Sequence record: PQ015379.1 | Length of the DNA: 64,000 nucleotides | Reading direction: 5' to 3' (one strand) | Part shown: piece after piece, positions 1 through 9,369 of the stretch | How positions within the stretch are numbered: position 1 is the stretch's first letter | Layout of the letters: the number at the start of each line of letters is the position of its first letter | The notes under the pieces: generated by a model | Database searches by the model: none | Told to the model about the DNA's origin: nothing | What the model saw: the letters and a program-made list of their open reading frames with translations, nothing else | Program-made: the position numbers and the translations under genes

Positions 1-360
1 CGCTTCATAGATGTGCTCGGCCACCGAGCGCATCACACGAATTTTACGGAACTCTTCAAGGGTTTCCAGCGTTTCTTTCATCTGCGATTTCTTGGCGCAC
101 GGCTTCTCCCGTGTTTCCGCCAAGATTTCGCGAATGTCTTCGTCGAGGGAAGGGTCTTCTAGCAGACTCTTCCAGCTGACGATTTTGAAACGCTTCTTAG
201 CCAGCGATGTGATTCGCTCGAAAGCTTGTCGCATCACTGGCGTGTGGAAGTGGTCCCTGTTGAGTTTGCCGAGCCACAGTGTTCGCTGTTCTTCTTTTAG
301 CTTTTTGGTCGTTACCGTGAGCAACGCCCGGAGTTCAGCGGTTGGACTGTGAATCTGCAT
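1..360 (-). CDS. DnaB-like replicative helicase, N-terminal part (runs off window start)
   Basis: Not in ORF track (no stop in window). ATG at 360 reads MQIHSPTAELRALLTV...DHFHTPVMRQAFERI, resembling the DnaB N-terminal PHSxEAE/DFY..HR.IF pattern. Confidence 0.55.
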   Translation of the reverse strand, partial: MQIHSPTAELRALLTVTTKKLKEEQRTLWLGKLNRDHFHTPVMRQAFERITSLAKKRFKIVSWKSLLEDPSLDEDIREILAETREKPCAKKSQMKETLETLEEFRKIRVMRSVAEHIYEA

Positions 361-370
361 GGTTTACCTA

Positions 371-727
371 CTACGATGCCATCGGAATGGCCCCAAGTTG
401 CGTGAGATATTTTCGCCAAGCCGGAGCACGACGCCGTTTGCGGTTGACGTGCACCGTCTCGCCCTCGTTCCACTTGGTCGGCTGAATACCGATCATATCC
501 ATGAAAACGAGCGAGGCCAGCGCGCTATCAAATTCGACGCGTGTCACGTTGAAACACGTGCGCTTCAATTCGTTGAAGAGGCGCACGTTAGTGGGGTTCG
601 TCTGCGTCCGGATCAGGGCGTAAAGCTCTTTCACGATCTGGCGCTTGTAGGTAAGGGGCGCGTCAACTTTCCACAAGGCGAAAGCGTCAGGTTCACACGC
701 AATCAAATTTTCTTTTGCTGCATCCAT
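371..727 (-). CDS. hypothetical protein
   Basis: 118 aa ORF coupled to neighbours; no motif recognised. Confidence 0.7.
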   Translation of the reverse strand: MDAAKENLIACEPDAFALWKVDAPLTYKRQIVKELYALIRTQTNPTNVRLFNELKRTCFNVTRVEFDSALASLVFMDMIGIQPTKWNEGETVHVNRKRRRAPAWRKYLTQLGAIPMAS

Positions 728-1830
728 TAAGCAAGCTCCTTGTGTGCGGTCAGCACGCCACCGATGTAATGCACAAAGCGCATGAACGCTTCCTGATAAA
801 CACCGAGGTATTGAGCCAAGGTTTTCAGGAACGTCTGGTGTGGCACGCGGTTCTGGTAGTCTTGGTGATCCACACCACGACCCAGCTTGTTATTGCGTTT
901 GAGGAAACGGGTGAAACCTTCGTCGATTTGCCCGCTCAGAATTTCCAGAATCTTGCGCTTGCGGCCTTTGAACTTGGTCATCAAGCGGCCCAGCATGATC
1001 GCAGAATCAACACACGGCGCGTGATCCTCATGCTTGTTCATCAGGGTATCATATTCCGATTCCCCTTCCGCGTTGACGCCCATCTGGCTTTCGGAACGGC
1101 AGACCAAATCCCAGTCGTTACCACCGAAGCCATCGGCCTTGCCCTTGACCATGCGACCGCGTTTCGCCGTCGTGTGTTTGTCGATCATATTGTTCGCTTC
1201 GTTCGTTGCCGACCGGCGAATATAATTGACGATGTAGGCCTCGGGTTGTTTGGTCGGAATCAGCGAGTGGTATGCACGCAGAACCTTGATGGTCAGGTCG
1301 CTGGTGTAATCCTGTGCGCTGTTGTTTTCGGCCTTGACCGCGAACGTCAGTTTCTTGCGTACGCGGCTGCGAATGTGACGCATGGCCTTAGCCAGATAGC
1401 CTTCAAATGCTTTCTTGTCCCGCCGCATGGCGACGTGGGTTACGTCCTGCACCACGATACCACGCCCAAGGGCGTTCGCCTTGACCTGTGCCTTGAAGTT
1501 GCGCCGGGAAAAATATTGGCGGAACAGGGCAATGTCAGACGCCGTGAGATAGGCCTGAAGTTTGTTGTAACTGTCTGCGTTGTTGGGGACAAGCGAGAGG
1601 AAAAGTGCGGCATATTTCACGTTTACCGTGAGATAGCTTTTTTCCAGAAGGCCGAGTCGCAATTCTTTACCGCTCAACCCGGTAGGGGTCAAGTCGATAT
1701 CCTTGACGTTGCGCTGGAAATCGAATGCAGTATTCACACCAGACAAACAAAGGATACATTCCTCGATCAAGCGTTTCCCGTCGTGGGATTGAGGATCGAT
1801 TCCGAGTTTCGAAATGTGTTTGCCCAGCAT
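727..1830 (-). CDS. sigma-70-like transcription factor (divergent, ECF-like region 2 and possible region 4)
   Basis: AQDYTSDLTIKVLRAYHSL...AYIVNYIRRSATNEANNMIDK resembles sigma region 2; KFKGRKRKILEIL resembles the start of region 4. Confidence 0.5.
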   Translation of the reverse strand: MLGKHISKLGIDPQSHDGKRLIEECILCLSGVNTAFDFQRNVKDIDLTPTGLSGKELRLGLLEKSYLTVNVKYAALFLSLVPNNADSYNKLQAYLTASDIALFRQYFSRRNFKAQVKANALGRGIVVQDVTHVAMRRDKKAFEGYLAKAMRHIRSRVRKKLTFAVKAENNSAQDYTSDLTIKVLRAYHSLIPTKQPEAYIVNYIRRSATNEANNMIDKHTTAKRGRMVKGKADGFGGNDWDLVCRSESQMGVNAEGESEYDTLMNKHEDHAPCVDSAIMLGRLMTKFKGRKRKILEILSGQIDEGFTRFLKRNNKLGRGVDHQDYQNRVPHQTFLKTLAQYLGVYQEAFMRFVHYIGGVLTAHKELA

Positions 1831-2798
1831 TATTCTGCCCCCTCACGAACGTTACGAACTTTGACCGCCGAACCGCGTTTCTTTTTCGGTGCGGATTCTT
1901 CCTCTTCATCGCTGCCACGATCACGCTTAACGTCACGCTCCACAAAGTTGGAAGCCTTGTTGTCAACGTCGTAACCGGCTGCTGCATCCTCGACCAGCGA
2001 GATAAGATCGGGCAGACCTTTCTTGCGACCTTTGCGGATGTTATTCGAGGTGAACACGTCATCGATTGTCGAAACGCCGATGCCCTCTTTCGCCACTTTG
2101 TCGGCGAGGTCGGAAATGCCCAAGTTGAATTCCTCTTCGTGGCGCCAGCGCCGAGAAATCAAAGTAGCTGCATCGGGGTCCACAAGCGCATTTTTGGCCA
2201 GCATGTTTTCGTACATGCCTTGGAATTCCTGTTCGGTGTGGATCACAGGGCGGCAATGCGCCCCATAGGTCAACACGCACCGGCCATCGGCGCTCATGAG
2301 TTTGTAATGCTGCGAAGTCGCGTACATGACGTACGCTTGCATGAAATTGGAAATGTAATTGCGGTTTGCTGCGCCGCGATAACGCACGTAAACCTTCTGC
2401 ATAAAGGTCATGCCGTGGCCACGGGTTACAGGCTCATTGTGAAGCAGCACGCTCAGGGCGCGCATTGCCTTTGGATCGATGCTCGAAATCAGTTCAGCGA
2501 GTTCGCTGATCTTGTCGGAACCCAGTTCCCCAACTGGGCGAGTATTTGGAGAAAACTTTGGACAAATGGCCGATGCTTCATGCTTCGGTTCGCGGTTTTT
2601 AATCGCTTCCTTGGCAGACACATTTCCTTTTTCGTCCGTACCTTTCTTGGTCAAGTTGCCCTTGGCGATCTTGCCGCAAGGAACGTTGTTGCCCTCGACC
2701 AGTACGTCTTCGTGCAGACCGCTGCAATCACCACAGGTCGGGCTTACTTCGCGCAGACCCTTTGTTACCCGTGCTTTGATCCCTGATTGAACGCTCAT
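1830..2798 (-). CDS. hypothetical protein with Cys-rich N-terminus and acidic/basic C-tail
   Basis: 322 aa ORF; CGDCSG, PCGK, ICPKF. Confidence 0.7.
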   Translation of the reverse strand: MSVQSGIKARVTKGLREVSPTCGDCSGLHEDVLVEGNNVPCGKIAKGNLTKKGTDEKGNVSAKEAIKNREPKHEASAICPKFSPNTRPVGELGSDKISELAELISSIDPKAMRALSVLLHNEPVTRGHGMTFMQKVYVRYRGAANRNYISNFMQAYVMYATSQHYKLMSADGRCVLTYGAHCRPVIHTEQEFQGMYENMLAKNALVDPDAATLISRRWRHEEEFNLGISDLADKVAKEGIGVSTIDDVFTSNNIRKGRKKGLPDLISLVEDAAAGYDVDNKASNFVERDVKRDRGSDEEEESAPKKKRGSAVKVRNVREGAE

Positions 2799-3252
2799 TT
2801 TCCAAATAGCCCCTATTTCTCAAAAATTCACTAATCGCAAGTACCATCGCTTTCTCTAGCGACGATACGTTACTGTCCGATTTGTACAGTTGCAGTGCTG
2901 TGTGCAATGCCGGGGGCGCCTTGAACTGCATGACGTACTGTTTACCCGCAACAGCTTCGTCACTCAGAATCGCCTCTACCAATATCTTGAGATATGGGCC
3001 AGCATTGTTTTCCATGGTCGTGTTCGCCCAAAACTGTTTTTGCTTTTTGGGGTCCAGACCTGCTCTAGTTTTCTTGACCTTCGCAACGACTGCCAACGCA
3101 TGTGCGTGCAAAAGGTTGTGACATTGGGCACAAAGGGGAATTTGCAGGCTGTTCTTGCCGCCTAGCGATTGCGGAACGGTGTGGTGCCAATGCAGTAGCG
3201 GGAACCACTTCTCGCAAATCGTGCAATCTCCCTCTTTGTAGAACTCTGTCAT
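2728..3252 (-). CDS. HNH endonuclease with possible C-terminal ribbon-helix-helix domain
   Basis: CTIC...HWHHTVPQSLGGKN...LCAQCHNLLH is a zinc-binding HNH; YVMQFKAPPALHTALQLY...SLEKAMVLAISEFL is RHH-like. Confidence 0.8.
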   Translation of the reverse strand: MTEFYKEGDCTICEKWFPLLHWHHTVPQSLGGKNSLQIPLCAQCHNLLHAHALAVVAKVKKTRAGLDPKKQKQFWANTTMENNAGPYLKILVEAILSDEAVAGKQYVMQFKAPPALHTALQLYKSDSNVSSLEKAMVLAISEFLRNRGYLENERSIRDQSTGNKGSARSKPDLW

Positions 3253-4472
3253 CAGTCTTTTGTGTCAGTCATTTTGTGGCGAGGAATATCCCACGTCACC
3301 TTCGTGTTGTTCAGAAGGTTCGACAGGTTCCGGCGCACTTTTTCATCGATCAACCACACGAGAGCGATTCGCGAGTTGTTCGGGTTGCGAACGATGGTAT
3401 CGGAGGCAATAGCAAGCTTGGTGCCGGTGTGCTTGGCCGTTTCATTGACCAGCCCAACGATTTTGATGATTTCTTGTTCAAGCTCACTACTATTCTTTAC
3501 AGTTTTCATGCGCTGGCCATCACGGGTCAGGCGCAGCGAACCTTTGACCCCGATACGGTCAAGATCAACACACAGAAGCATCTGATTTTCAAGGACCAAG
3601 AAATGGTCGCCAATCCGTTTAACGGAAAGCCCTGCGTTTTCCAGACGCGTTGGGTTTTTGTAGGCGGCAATGTCTTGGAAAATCGGAACAACAGGATAGT
3701 AAACCATCGAGAACGGGCCGCGCAGTTGCTTCGGCAGACGGCGAACAAGTTCCTTGTAGGATTCGGAAAGTTCCGCCAGTTCGTCGTCGTGCTTTTGCAC
3801 CAGTTCACGCTTGAGGGACGACAAGCGTGCTTTGCCCTTTGGATCGTTAACGTCAGCGGCCAGAATTTCCGGATAGGTGATTTGGTTCCATTTGCAATCC
3901 GGATCTTTCTTCGGCTCGCCCCCAGCCGTCTCTTCCGGCAAATACGGACGGATCGAACGCAGTTGCGAAAGGGTGAAATGACGGTCAAGGAATTCGGACA
4001 CATCGGTCAGCGCATCGTTGAGCGGACGTTTGACGCCAGCGACAAGCAGGGTGCCCGGATCGAAAGCCTTAATCAGACGTTCGATTTCTTGGGCCTTGTC
4101 TTCGTCGGAAACGTAGCTGCTGCGCACCTGTTCTTTCTGGTCAGCGGACAAACCGCCGTCCAGTTGCTGCACCAAAGCAGCATGCAGGGTGCCGACATGA
4201 TCGTGAGCGATTTTCCGAACCGGTGTGAGGTTCTGGAAAATGTCATTGCGGAGGCCGTCCGCCGTTTCTTTGACCACTTTGCGGATCTTCAGAAGCGTGG
4301 ACTTGGTGCCCGGTGGCAAGCTGCCTTGGTTGATCAAGACAGTGGATTCACTGGAAATGGTTTCCAGCGAGGCGATGATGCCTTTTTTCGATTTCAGCGT
4401 GAGTTCAGCCATGCCCTGTTCGAATGCGGACAGCGCATTCAGAACGGCATCGAATTTAGTGGTGTTGGACAC
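3252..4472 (-). CDS. hypothetical protein
   Basis: 406 aa ORF with coding-like codon use. Confidence 0.75.
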   Translation of the reverse strand: MSNTTKFDAVLNALSAFEQGMAELTLKSKKGIIASLETISSESTVLINQGSLPPGTKSTLLKIRKVVKETADGLRNDIFQNLTPVRKIAHDHVGTLHAALVQQLDGGLSADQKEQVRSSYVSDEDKAQEIERLIKAFDPGTLLVAGVKRPLNDALTDVSEFLDRHFTLSQLRSIRPYLPEETAGGEPKKDPDCKWNQITYPEILAADVNDPKGKARLSSLKRELVQKHDDELAELSESYKELVRRLPKQLRGPFSMVYYPVVPIFQDIAAYKNPTRLENAGLSVKRIGDHFLVLENQMLLCVDLDRIGVKGSLRLTRDGQRMKTVKNSSELEQEIIKIVGLVNETAKHTGTKLAIASDTIVRNPNNSRIALVWLIDEKVRRNLSNLLNNTKVTWDIPRHKMTDTKD

Positions 4473-4580
4473 TATTCAATCCCCGATTAAACGTAGTATG
4501 GGCCTTTTCGGCCCGGTAATATGAAATTACCATTTGCTCCTACAGCTTTTCACAGCCGCTTTCTGCGCTCGCCGTTATGG

Positions 4581-5021
4581 TCAGAGAGTCATCAGAAGGG
4601 TTGCCACATTTGCTTCGCGACAATTCGGTATTCGGGCTTGCTGGTGAAACCCGTTTGCCAAATAGCATGCGATGCCTGCGGCATTATTATCGGCCACGAA
4701 AAGTTTAATCGGGCGGGAACCCATACCATGATCCACCATATCAACCAGATGCGTGAGCATACCGGTCGCCACATAATTGCGGCGGTAGATTTCTTGCACA
4801 TGCACGTTGTGAATAAACACACCGTCATGATTCGCAGTCGCCAAAATGTAGCCAGCGACTTCCTGTTTGCCCTCGGCATCAATGCCGGTGGCCAGCACAA
4901 CCACGGAATCTTTTCGTGGGATGTGATCTGCAATGTAACCAATTGAAGCTGCGCATCCGTTAGACATAGCGGGCAGGCAAGTGAAATCCCCGGCCTCGAA
5001 TGTCTGATAGTCGATATCCAT
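4581..5021 (-). CDS. GNAT (RimI-like) acetyltransferase
   Basis: Probable start MDIDYQ at 5021; FIHNVHVQEIYRRNYVATGML (motif A) and LFVADNNAAGIACYLANGF (motif B). Confidence 0.8.
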   Translation of the reverse strand: MDIDYQTFEAGDFTCLPAMSNGCAASIGYIADHIPRKDSVVVLATGIDAEGKQEVAGYILATANHDGVFIHNVHVQEIYRRNYVATGMLTHLVDMVDHGMGSRPIKLFVADNNAAGIACYLANGFHQQARIPNCREANVATLLMTL

Positions 5022-5130
5022 ATACCGATCCTTTTCAAAACTGCTGGTCGTATTGCTGGTTAGTGGGCGGGAAGTAAACTTCCCAAATTGCGTAAGTGTC
5101 GTGTCGTGGGCGTCGTTGCCCAACCCTCTA

Positions 5131-5159
5131 ATGCTACCAAGAATCAATGACTTAGACAA
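5131..5159 (-). promoter_or_regulatory. host sigma70-type (early) promoter upstream of GNAT gene
   Basis: TTGTCT-17 nt-TAGCAT with extended -10 TG on the minus strand. Confidence 0.6.
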
Positions 5160-5248
5160 GGTTACGCTATATCGGAAGTTACGCCCACAGGCCCCGGCCC
5201 ACGGGGGTTGCGGGGCACCCGGCACCTAGCACAGTGTGACAGCGTGTG

Positions 5249-5698
5249 TCAAGGCCGGGCTGCGTCGAGGTCCGTGGCAGCCGACGAATGGGCGGCCTCG
5301 CACGAATTAGCAGCGTGCACAGAATTTTCGGAAGTTTCCGCACGCTGTGCCGGATCTTCCATCTTGACCGCCGTGCTGTTGGCGTCGTAACGCTTTTGCT
5401 TGCTGGTGTAACCGATGCGGCGGAAAAGCGTTTGCGTATCGTCGAAGGTTTTCTGCGAGGTGTCAGCGATATATTCAGGTAGTTCAGAAAAAATTGTGTA
5501 GCCGTACCATGCGCCGTTTGCCATGCGCCCCTTTTCGTTTTCTCGGAAAGCCTTGAGGCTGATCGCCTGATTTTTAAATTGGGGCATGCCCTGCTTAGGC
5601 ACTTTCAATTTGTAGACTTCGAGAACTTCGCCGGTCTTCAGGTTGCCGACCACGAACAATTCACGTGGCTGGATTTCTTTCAGGGCGGGCGCTTTCAT
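5249..5698 (-). CDS. hypothetical protein
   Basis: 149 aa ORF, ATGA-coupled to upstream gene. Confidence 0.7.
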   Translation of the reverse strand: MKAPALKEIQPRELFVVGNLKTGEVLEVYKLKVPKQGMPQFKNQAISLKAFRENEKGRMANGAWYGYTIFSELPEYIADTSQKTFDDTQTLFRRIGYTSKQKRYDANSTAVKMEDPAQRAETSENSVHAANSCEAAHSSAATDLDAARP

Positions 5699-6213
5699 TT
5701 TTGTTCCTTGCGTGGGGCGATGCGGTTGGTGGCGCGGGCCTGCTTTTCCATCATGATTGCGTTTGCCCGGTAGAAATCAGTTTTGAACTTCTGCACTTCA
5801 GACGTTGGCAACCATTTCTGTTTTTTGTAGTCGTAGCCGATGGCTTCGTAAAATTCGAAAGCACCGTTGACTGTGATCAGTGGAATTGCGTGGATGCCAA
5901 CCGGCAGGAAATCCGGGCCGAGGTCGAGCCACACGCCATCAGGGTCTTTCTTCTCCAGCGATTCCCGCAACATGTTGTAGCGGAAGTGCAGGTCTTCTTC
6001 GTCGGCAATCGAATAGTAGATTGCCGGATTATTTTCGGTGTCTTTTGTTGCACGGTCTTGGGGAAATGCGCGCCGAAGTTCACGGGTGCGGAAACAGGAA
6101 AGGCTAACACCGTGCCGGTAATAACCCGGCTCTACAAATTCGGGCATCAGAATTTTGAACGCACGAAATTCATGGCCGCCACAGCGTTCGATTGCGTAGG
6201 TAATTCGAGGCAT
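5695..6213 (-). CDS. hypothetical protein
   Basis: Start MPRITY at 6213 with GGAG RBS. Confidence 0.7.
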   Translation of the reverse strand: MPRITYAIERCGGHEFRAFKILMPEFVEPGYYRHGVSLSCFRTRELRRAFPQDRATKDTENNPAIYYSIADEEDLHFRYNMLRESLEKKDPDGVWLDLGPDFLPVGIHAIPLITVNGAFEFYEAIGYDYKKQKWLPTSEVQKFKTDFYRANAIMMEKQARATNRIAPRKEQK

Positions 6214-6253
6214 GTAAATCTCCACGATCTAGTCGGATTGAGTTTTGCAGCAC

Positions 6254-6282
6254 GGAAAAAGGAAAGGGGCCGACAAGGCCCC
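6254..6282 (-). terminator. intrinsic terminator
   Basis: GGGGCC-TTGTC-GGCCCC hairpin followed by a T-rich tail on the minus strand. Confidence 0.7.
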
Positions 6283-6295
6283 GATCCCACGCACA

Positions 6296-6496
6296 TCAGA
6301 TTTTGTCAGAGACTTGACGCAACCACAGCAAACCTTGCTCGATGTTGGTCATCGCGATTGCGATATCCCGACCACCTTGCAGGCCTTCGCGGCGAATTTC
6401 GTCAGCGATTTGTTGCAGCTTCACCAACTCGCTTTCGAGGCGCATTTGGCTGCTGCCGATATTGCCACGCAGGGTTTGCAGTTCGTCGCCTGTCAT
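6296..6496 (-). CDS. Acb2/Tad1-like small helical protein (candidate nucleotide-signal sponge)
   Basis: C-terminal GRDIAIAMTNIEQGLLWL matches the R.LAIA.T.LE...MW helix of Acb2-type proteins; ATGA-coupled to recA. Confidence 0.5.
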   Translation of the reverse strand: MTGDELQTLRGNIGSSQMRLESELVKLQQIADEIRREGLQGGRDIAIAMTNIEQGLLWLRQVSDKI

Positions 6497-8019
6497 TCTT
6501 CGTCGTCTCCGTCACCAGCCGCTGCGGCTTTCGCAGCTTTCTTGGTGTGCGTATTTTTGATCTGATCGAGGTACAGGTCGTAACCCTTGCCGGATTCGAT
6601 TTGACGGCGGCACCATTCGTAAAGTCGAATAGGCTTGATCTTCATCTTTTCACAGCCAGCCTTGATCAGGTTTTTGTCGCCATCGACCATTTTCTTCAGG
6701 TCCATCCACGACAGGGTGTGCCCTGCGAATGGAGTACCGTCGCCGAATTTGATCTTGTTGCGCTGGCCGGAAATCTGGCCAGTTTCTTTCAGGTACATCC
6801 ACGTGTCCCACACGCGGTCAAAGCCGAGGCCTTCACCATCTTCGTTCGCGACGTAAAGACGCAAAACCATGTTGGATTTTTGCGGACCGCCCAATTTGTT
6901 TTTGAACGCGTGACACTTGATGTAACGGTAGGTGTCAACACCTTCGCCGCTGATCGACGGTTCCTCTTCCATCATGCCCTTACCGTGCGGGATGGAAATT
7001 GGCGACATGCGGAAACGGCAGTCGGCAAAGAAGCGCAGCGCAGTACCGCACGGCTCTTTCTTGTCGGGGCCGTACATGGCCATCGGAACTTCACGCAGCT
7101 GGTTGATACCGAGCACCAGCACGCGCTTTTCTTTCATCTTGCCTTTCACGCGTTTGATACCATCGGCAAACATACGCGCTTGAGACGCCAGACCATCGGT
7201 GCCATCTTCTTTTTCGTCAGCACGACGGGAAAGCATGGCCGGGTAGGAATCCACAAGGAACACAGCCTGCGGCAGACCGTGCGGCGCCGGGACTTTGAAC
7301 TTGTTGAATTTCTTGAAGTATTTCGCGTCGTAGAAACCTGCGGTCAACTTCTGGTTGGCTTTGGTGTTGGCGTAGATGAAATAATACTCGCCGTCGATTT
7401 TCAGTACGGAAGGCAGCTTCCGCATGATATCCGACATTGCGTCGAAGAAATCTTCACCAACCGATGGCGCGAAGTAACGGATGCGCGGACGAATGAGGTA
7501 ATTGCCCTCTTTGTCCTGCACGCCGAAAACTTCTTCAGCCTGTTGCGCTTTGCCGTTGCCATTGTATTTCCACATGGCGTTGGCGTATTCGGCGCTGAAC
7601 GAACCTTCGTAGTCGAAGAAAAACGCCTTGCCCATGAAGTCGGCTTTGCGAATGATCGACCCCATGACCAAAGTTGCAAGCGTGGTTTTACACGATTGCT
7701 CTTCGCCATAGAACGTGTACCAGCCACCAGCCAGCAGGCCGCCAGCCATTTGCAGGTTCACACAGAGACTGCCGGTGTCGAGGCGGTCTTCTTTTTCACT
7801 GACAGACATGGAGGTCAGGCCGACCTTCTTTTCCATGTTGTCGATTTCGTCTTCGAAATTTGCGTAAGGGTTGAAGACTTTTTTCGCGGGTTCAGCTACA
7901 GCTTTGGAAACCGCTTTTGCAACTTTGCTCTTTGCACCTTTGGTAGCCGGGGCCTTGCTGGCGCTGGCTTTATCTTCCTTCAGGTCGAGCTTTTTCGCTT
8001 TAGTGACTGCCTTGGGCAT
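6493..8019 (-). CDS. recA: RecA/UvsX-like recombinase with Lys/Ala-rich N-terminal extension
   Basis: Walker A variant GEEQSCKTT, Walker B LVDS, INQLR, GTALRFFAD; ATG at 8019 with GGAG RBS. Confidence 0.9.
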   Translation of the reverse strand: MPKAVTKAKKLDLKEDKASASKAPATKGAKSKVAKAVSKAVAEPAKKVFNPYANFEDEIDNMEKKVGLTSMSVSEKEDRLDTGSLCVNLQMAGGLLAGGWYTFYGEEQSCKTTLATLVMGSIIRKADFMGKAFFFDYEGSFSAEYANAMWKYNGNGKAQQAEEVFGVQDKEGNYLIRPRIRYFAPSVGEDFFDAMSDIMRKLPSVLKIDGEYYFIYANTKANQKLTAGFYDAKYFKKFNKFKVPAPHGLPQAVFLVDSYPAMLSRRADEKEDGTDGLASQARMFADGIKRVKGKMKEKRVLVLGINQLREVPMAMYGPDKKEPCGTALRFFADCRFRMSPISIPHGKGMMEEEPSISGEGVDTYRYIKCHAFKNKLGGPQKSNMVLRLYVANEDGEGLGFDRVWDTWMYLKETGQISGQRNKIKFGDGTPFAGHTLSWMDLKKMVDGDKNLIKAGCEKMKIKPIRLYEWCRRQIESGKGYDLYLDQIKNTHTKKAAKAAAAGDGDDEE

Positions 8020-8040
8020 CAATTCTCCGGTTGTAGATCA

Positions 8041-8067
8041 AGAAAGGGGCCTAACACACTAGGCCCC
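8041..8067 (-). terminator. intrinsic terminator after ssb-like gene
   Basis: GGGGCCTA-GTGTGT-TAGGCCCC hairpin then TTTCT on the minus strand. Confidence 0.7.
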
Positions 8068-8082
8068 ACGCACGGTCAACGA

Positions 8083-9276
8083 TCAGTCATCCCACGACGA
8101 CTTTTTCTTACCGGCTTTTTTCTTGGTCTTGTCTTTCGCTTTGGCGCCGCCCTTCACTTCCTTAGAAGCCTTTTTCTTTTTCGGCTTTTCGTCGTCTTCG
8201 TCTTTCGACTTGGACTTCTTCTTCACCTTGGAAGGCTTCTCTTCCTTGGCCGAAGATTTCTTTTTCTTCTTCGGCTTTTCGTCTTCGTCGTCGTCGGAAG
8301 ACTTCTTCTTTTTCTTCTTCGGCTTTTCGTCTTCTTCGTCTTCGTCGAAGCTCACCGACTTTTTCTTTTTCTTCTTCGGCTTTTCGTCGTCTTCGTCATC
8401 GTCGAGCGAAGTGGACTTGGCCTTTTTCTTCTTCGGCTTTTCGTCTTCCTCTTCGTCCTCGTCATCATCGAGGTCTTCACCGCCGATGATTTCCATACGC
8501 TTCACGTCTTCACGTGCTTGCTTTTCGGTCATACGACCGGACGCGTCCAGCAGTTCTTCGGTCAGGTTCCAGACCAGATAACCTTGCTCTTCGTCGGTCA
8601 GCTTGGTTGGGCCATCGGCCTTGTCGATGGTGTATTTGTCGGTGCCCGCTGCATCCGGTTTGAATTTCAGTTTCACGTCGAAACCGTATTTCGCATCGGA
8701 AACGTCGTACTGCGCGGTCTTGCCGGTTTTCTTGTCCTTGACCTTGTTTTCTTCCGACAGTTCTTGCAGACGGTTGATCGAGGTCATGGTCAGGCGGGCA
8801 ACACGCACCGGGGTCCACGTCTCGGAATTGATATCCTTGAACCCGGTTTTCTTTTCTTCTTTGGTCGGCTTCGACGCCTTACGGGGCGGGCCTTCTTCCT
8901 GCATGTCGCGGTCGATCACGTTGAACAGCCAGAAGTCGGAGGCACGCACCGGCTTTTCTTTCTGACCCTTGAACTTTTCGGCCAGCGCCATGTACGGGCA
9001 CTTGACGCCTTTTTTCGGGGTTTCCGGATCGTTCGGGTCGAAGTCAATGGCGTAACGCGGAATGTTCACTTCGCGTTTTTCTTTGCCCTTGGCACCGGCC
9101 CACAGCTTGATCCACACTTGGCGAACTTGCAGCGGCATGATCGGCAGAATGCGGAACGGGAAATACTTGTTTTTTGGCCAGACGATCATGTCAACCAATT
9201 CGTCCAGTTTGGTCGAATCGTTACCACGGCTGCTGGTCTTGATGCTGCCCATGCCTTTAAAAACGGCGCTACCCAT
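8083..9276 (-). CDS. gp32-like single-stranded DNA-binding protein with long charge-block C-terminal tail
   Basis: Start MGSAVF at 9276 (AGAGGA RBS); FRILP...CPY...FWLFNVIDR core; adjacent to recA; repeated DDDEDEKPKKKKK units; ends WDD. Confidence 0.6.
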   Translation of the reverse strand: MGSAVFKGMGSIKTSSRGNDSTKLDELVDMIVWPKNKYFPFRILPIMPLQVRQVWIKLWAGAKGKEKREVNIPRYAIDFDPNDPETPKKGVKCPYMALAEKFKGQKEKPVRASDFWLFNVIDRDMQEEGPPRKASKPTKEEKKTGFKDINSETWTPVRVARLTMTSINRLQELSEENKVKDKKTGKTAQYDVSDAKYGFDVKLKFKPDAAGTDKYTIDKADGPTKLTDEEQGYLVWNLTEELLDASGRMTEKQAREDVKRMEIIGGEDLDDDEDEEEDEKPKKKKAKSTSLDDDEDDEKPKKKKKKSVSFDEDEEDEKPKKKKKKSSDDDEDEKPKKKKKSSAKEEKPSKVKKKSKSKDEDDEKPKKKKASKEVKGGAKAKDKTKKKAGKKKSSWDD

Positions 9277-9369
9277 GAGTCTTCCTCTTGATGAATTTCT
9301 GTACCCGAAGACGTTCAATCTTCTAGGTACGATTTACAGTTTTTCAACCGGTCTACCGAGGGCAGGAAA

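Noticed and set aside
4581-5225. 214-aa extended GNAT ORF from the track
   Set aside because: The extension overlaps the promoter and GC-rich hairpin region and reads as non-coding; start at 5021 preferred.
5665-9291. 1208-aa plus-strand ORF and similar long antisense ORFs (22362-24311, 30094-32127, 60625-62055, 50433-51815)
   Set aside because: They are shadows of real opposite-strand genes; biased codon use avoids TTA/CTA/TCA, so the antisense frame lacks stops, and the translations are Phe/Leu/Ser-rich with no motifs.
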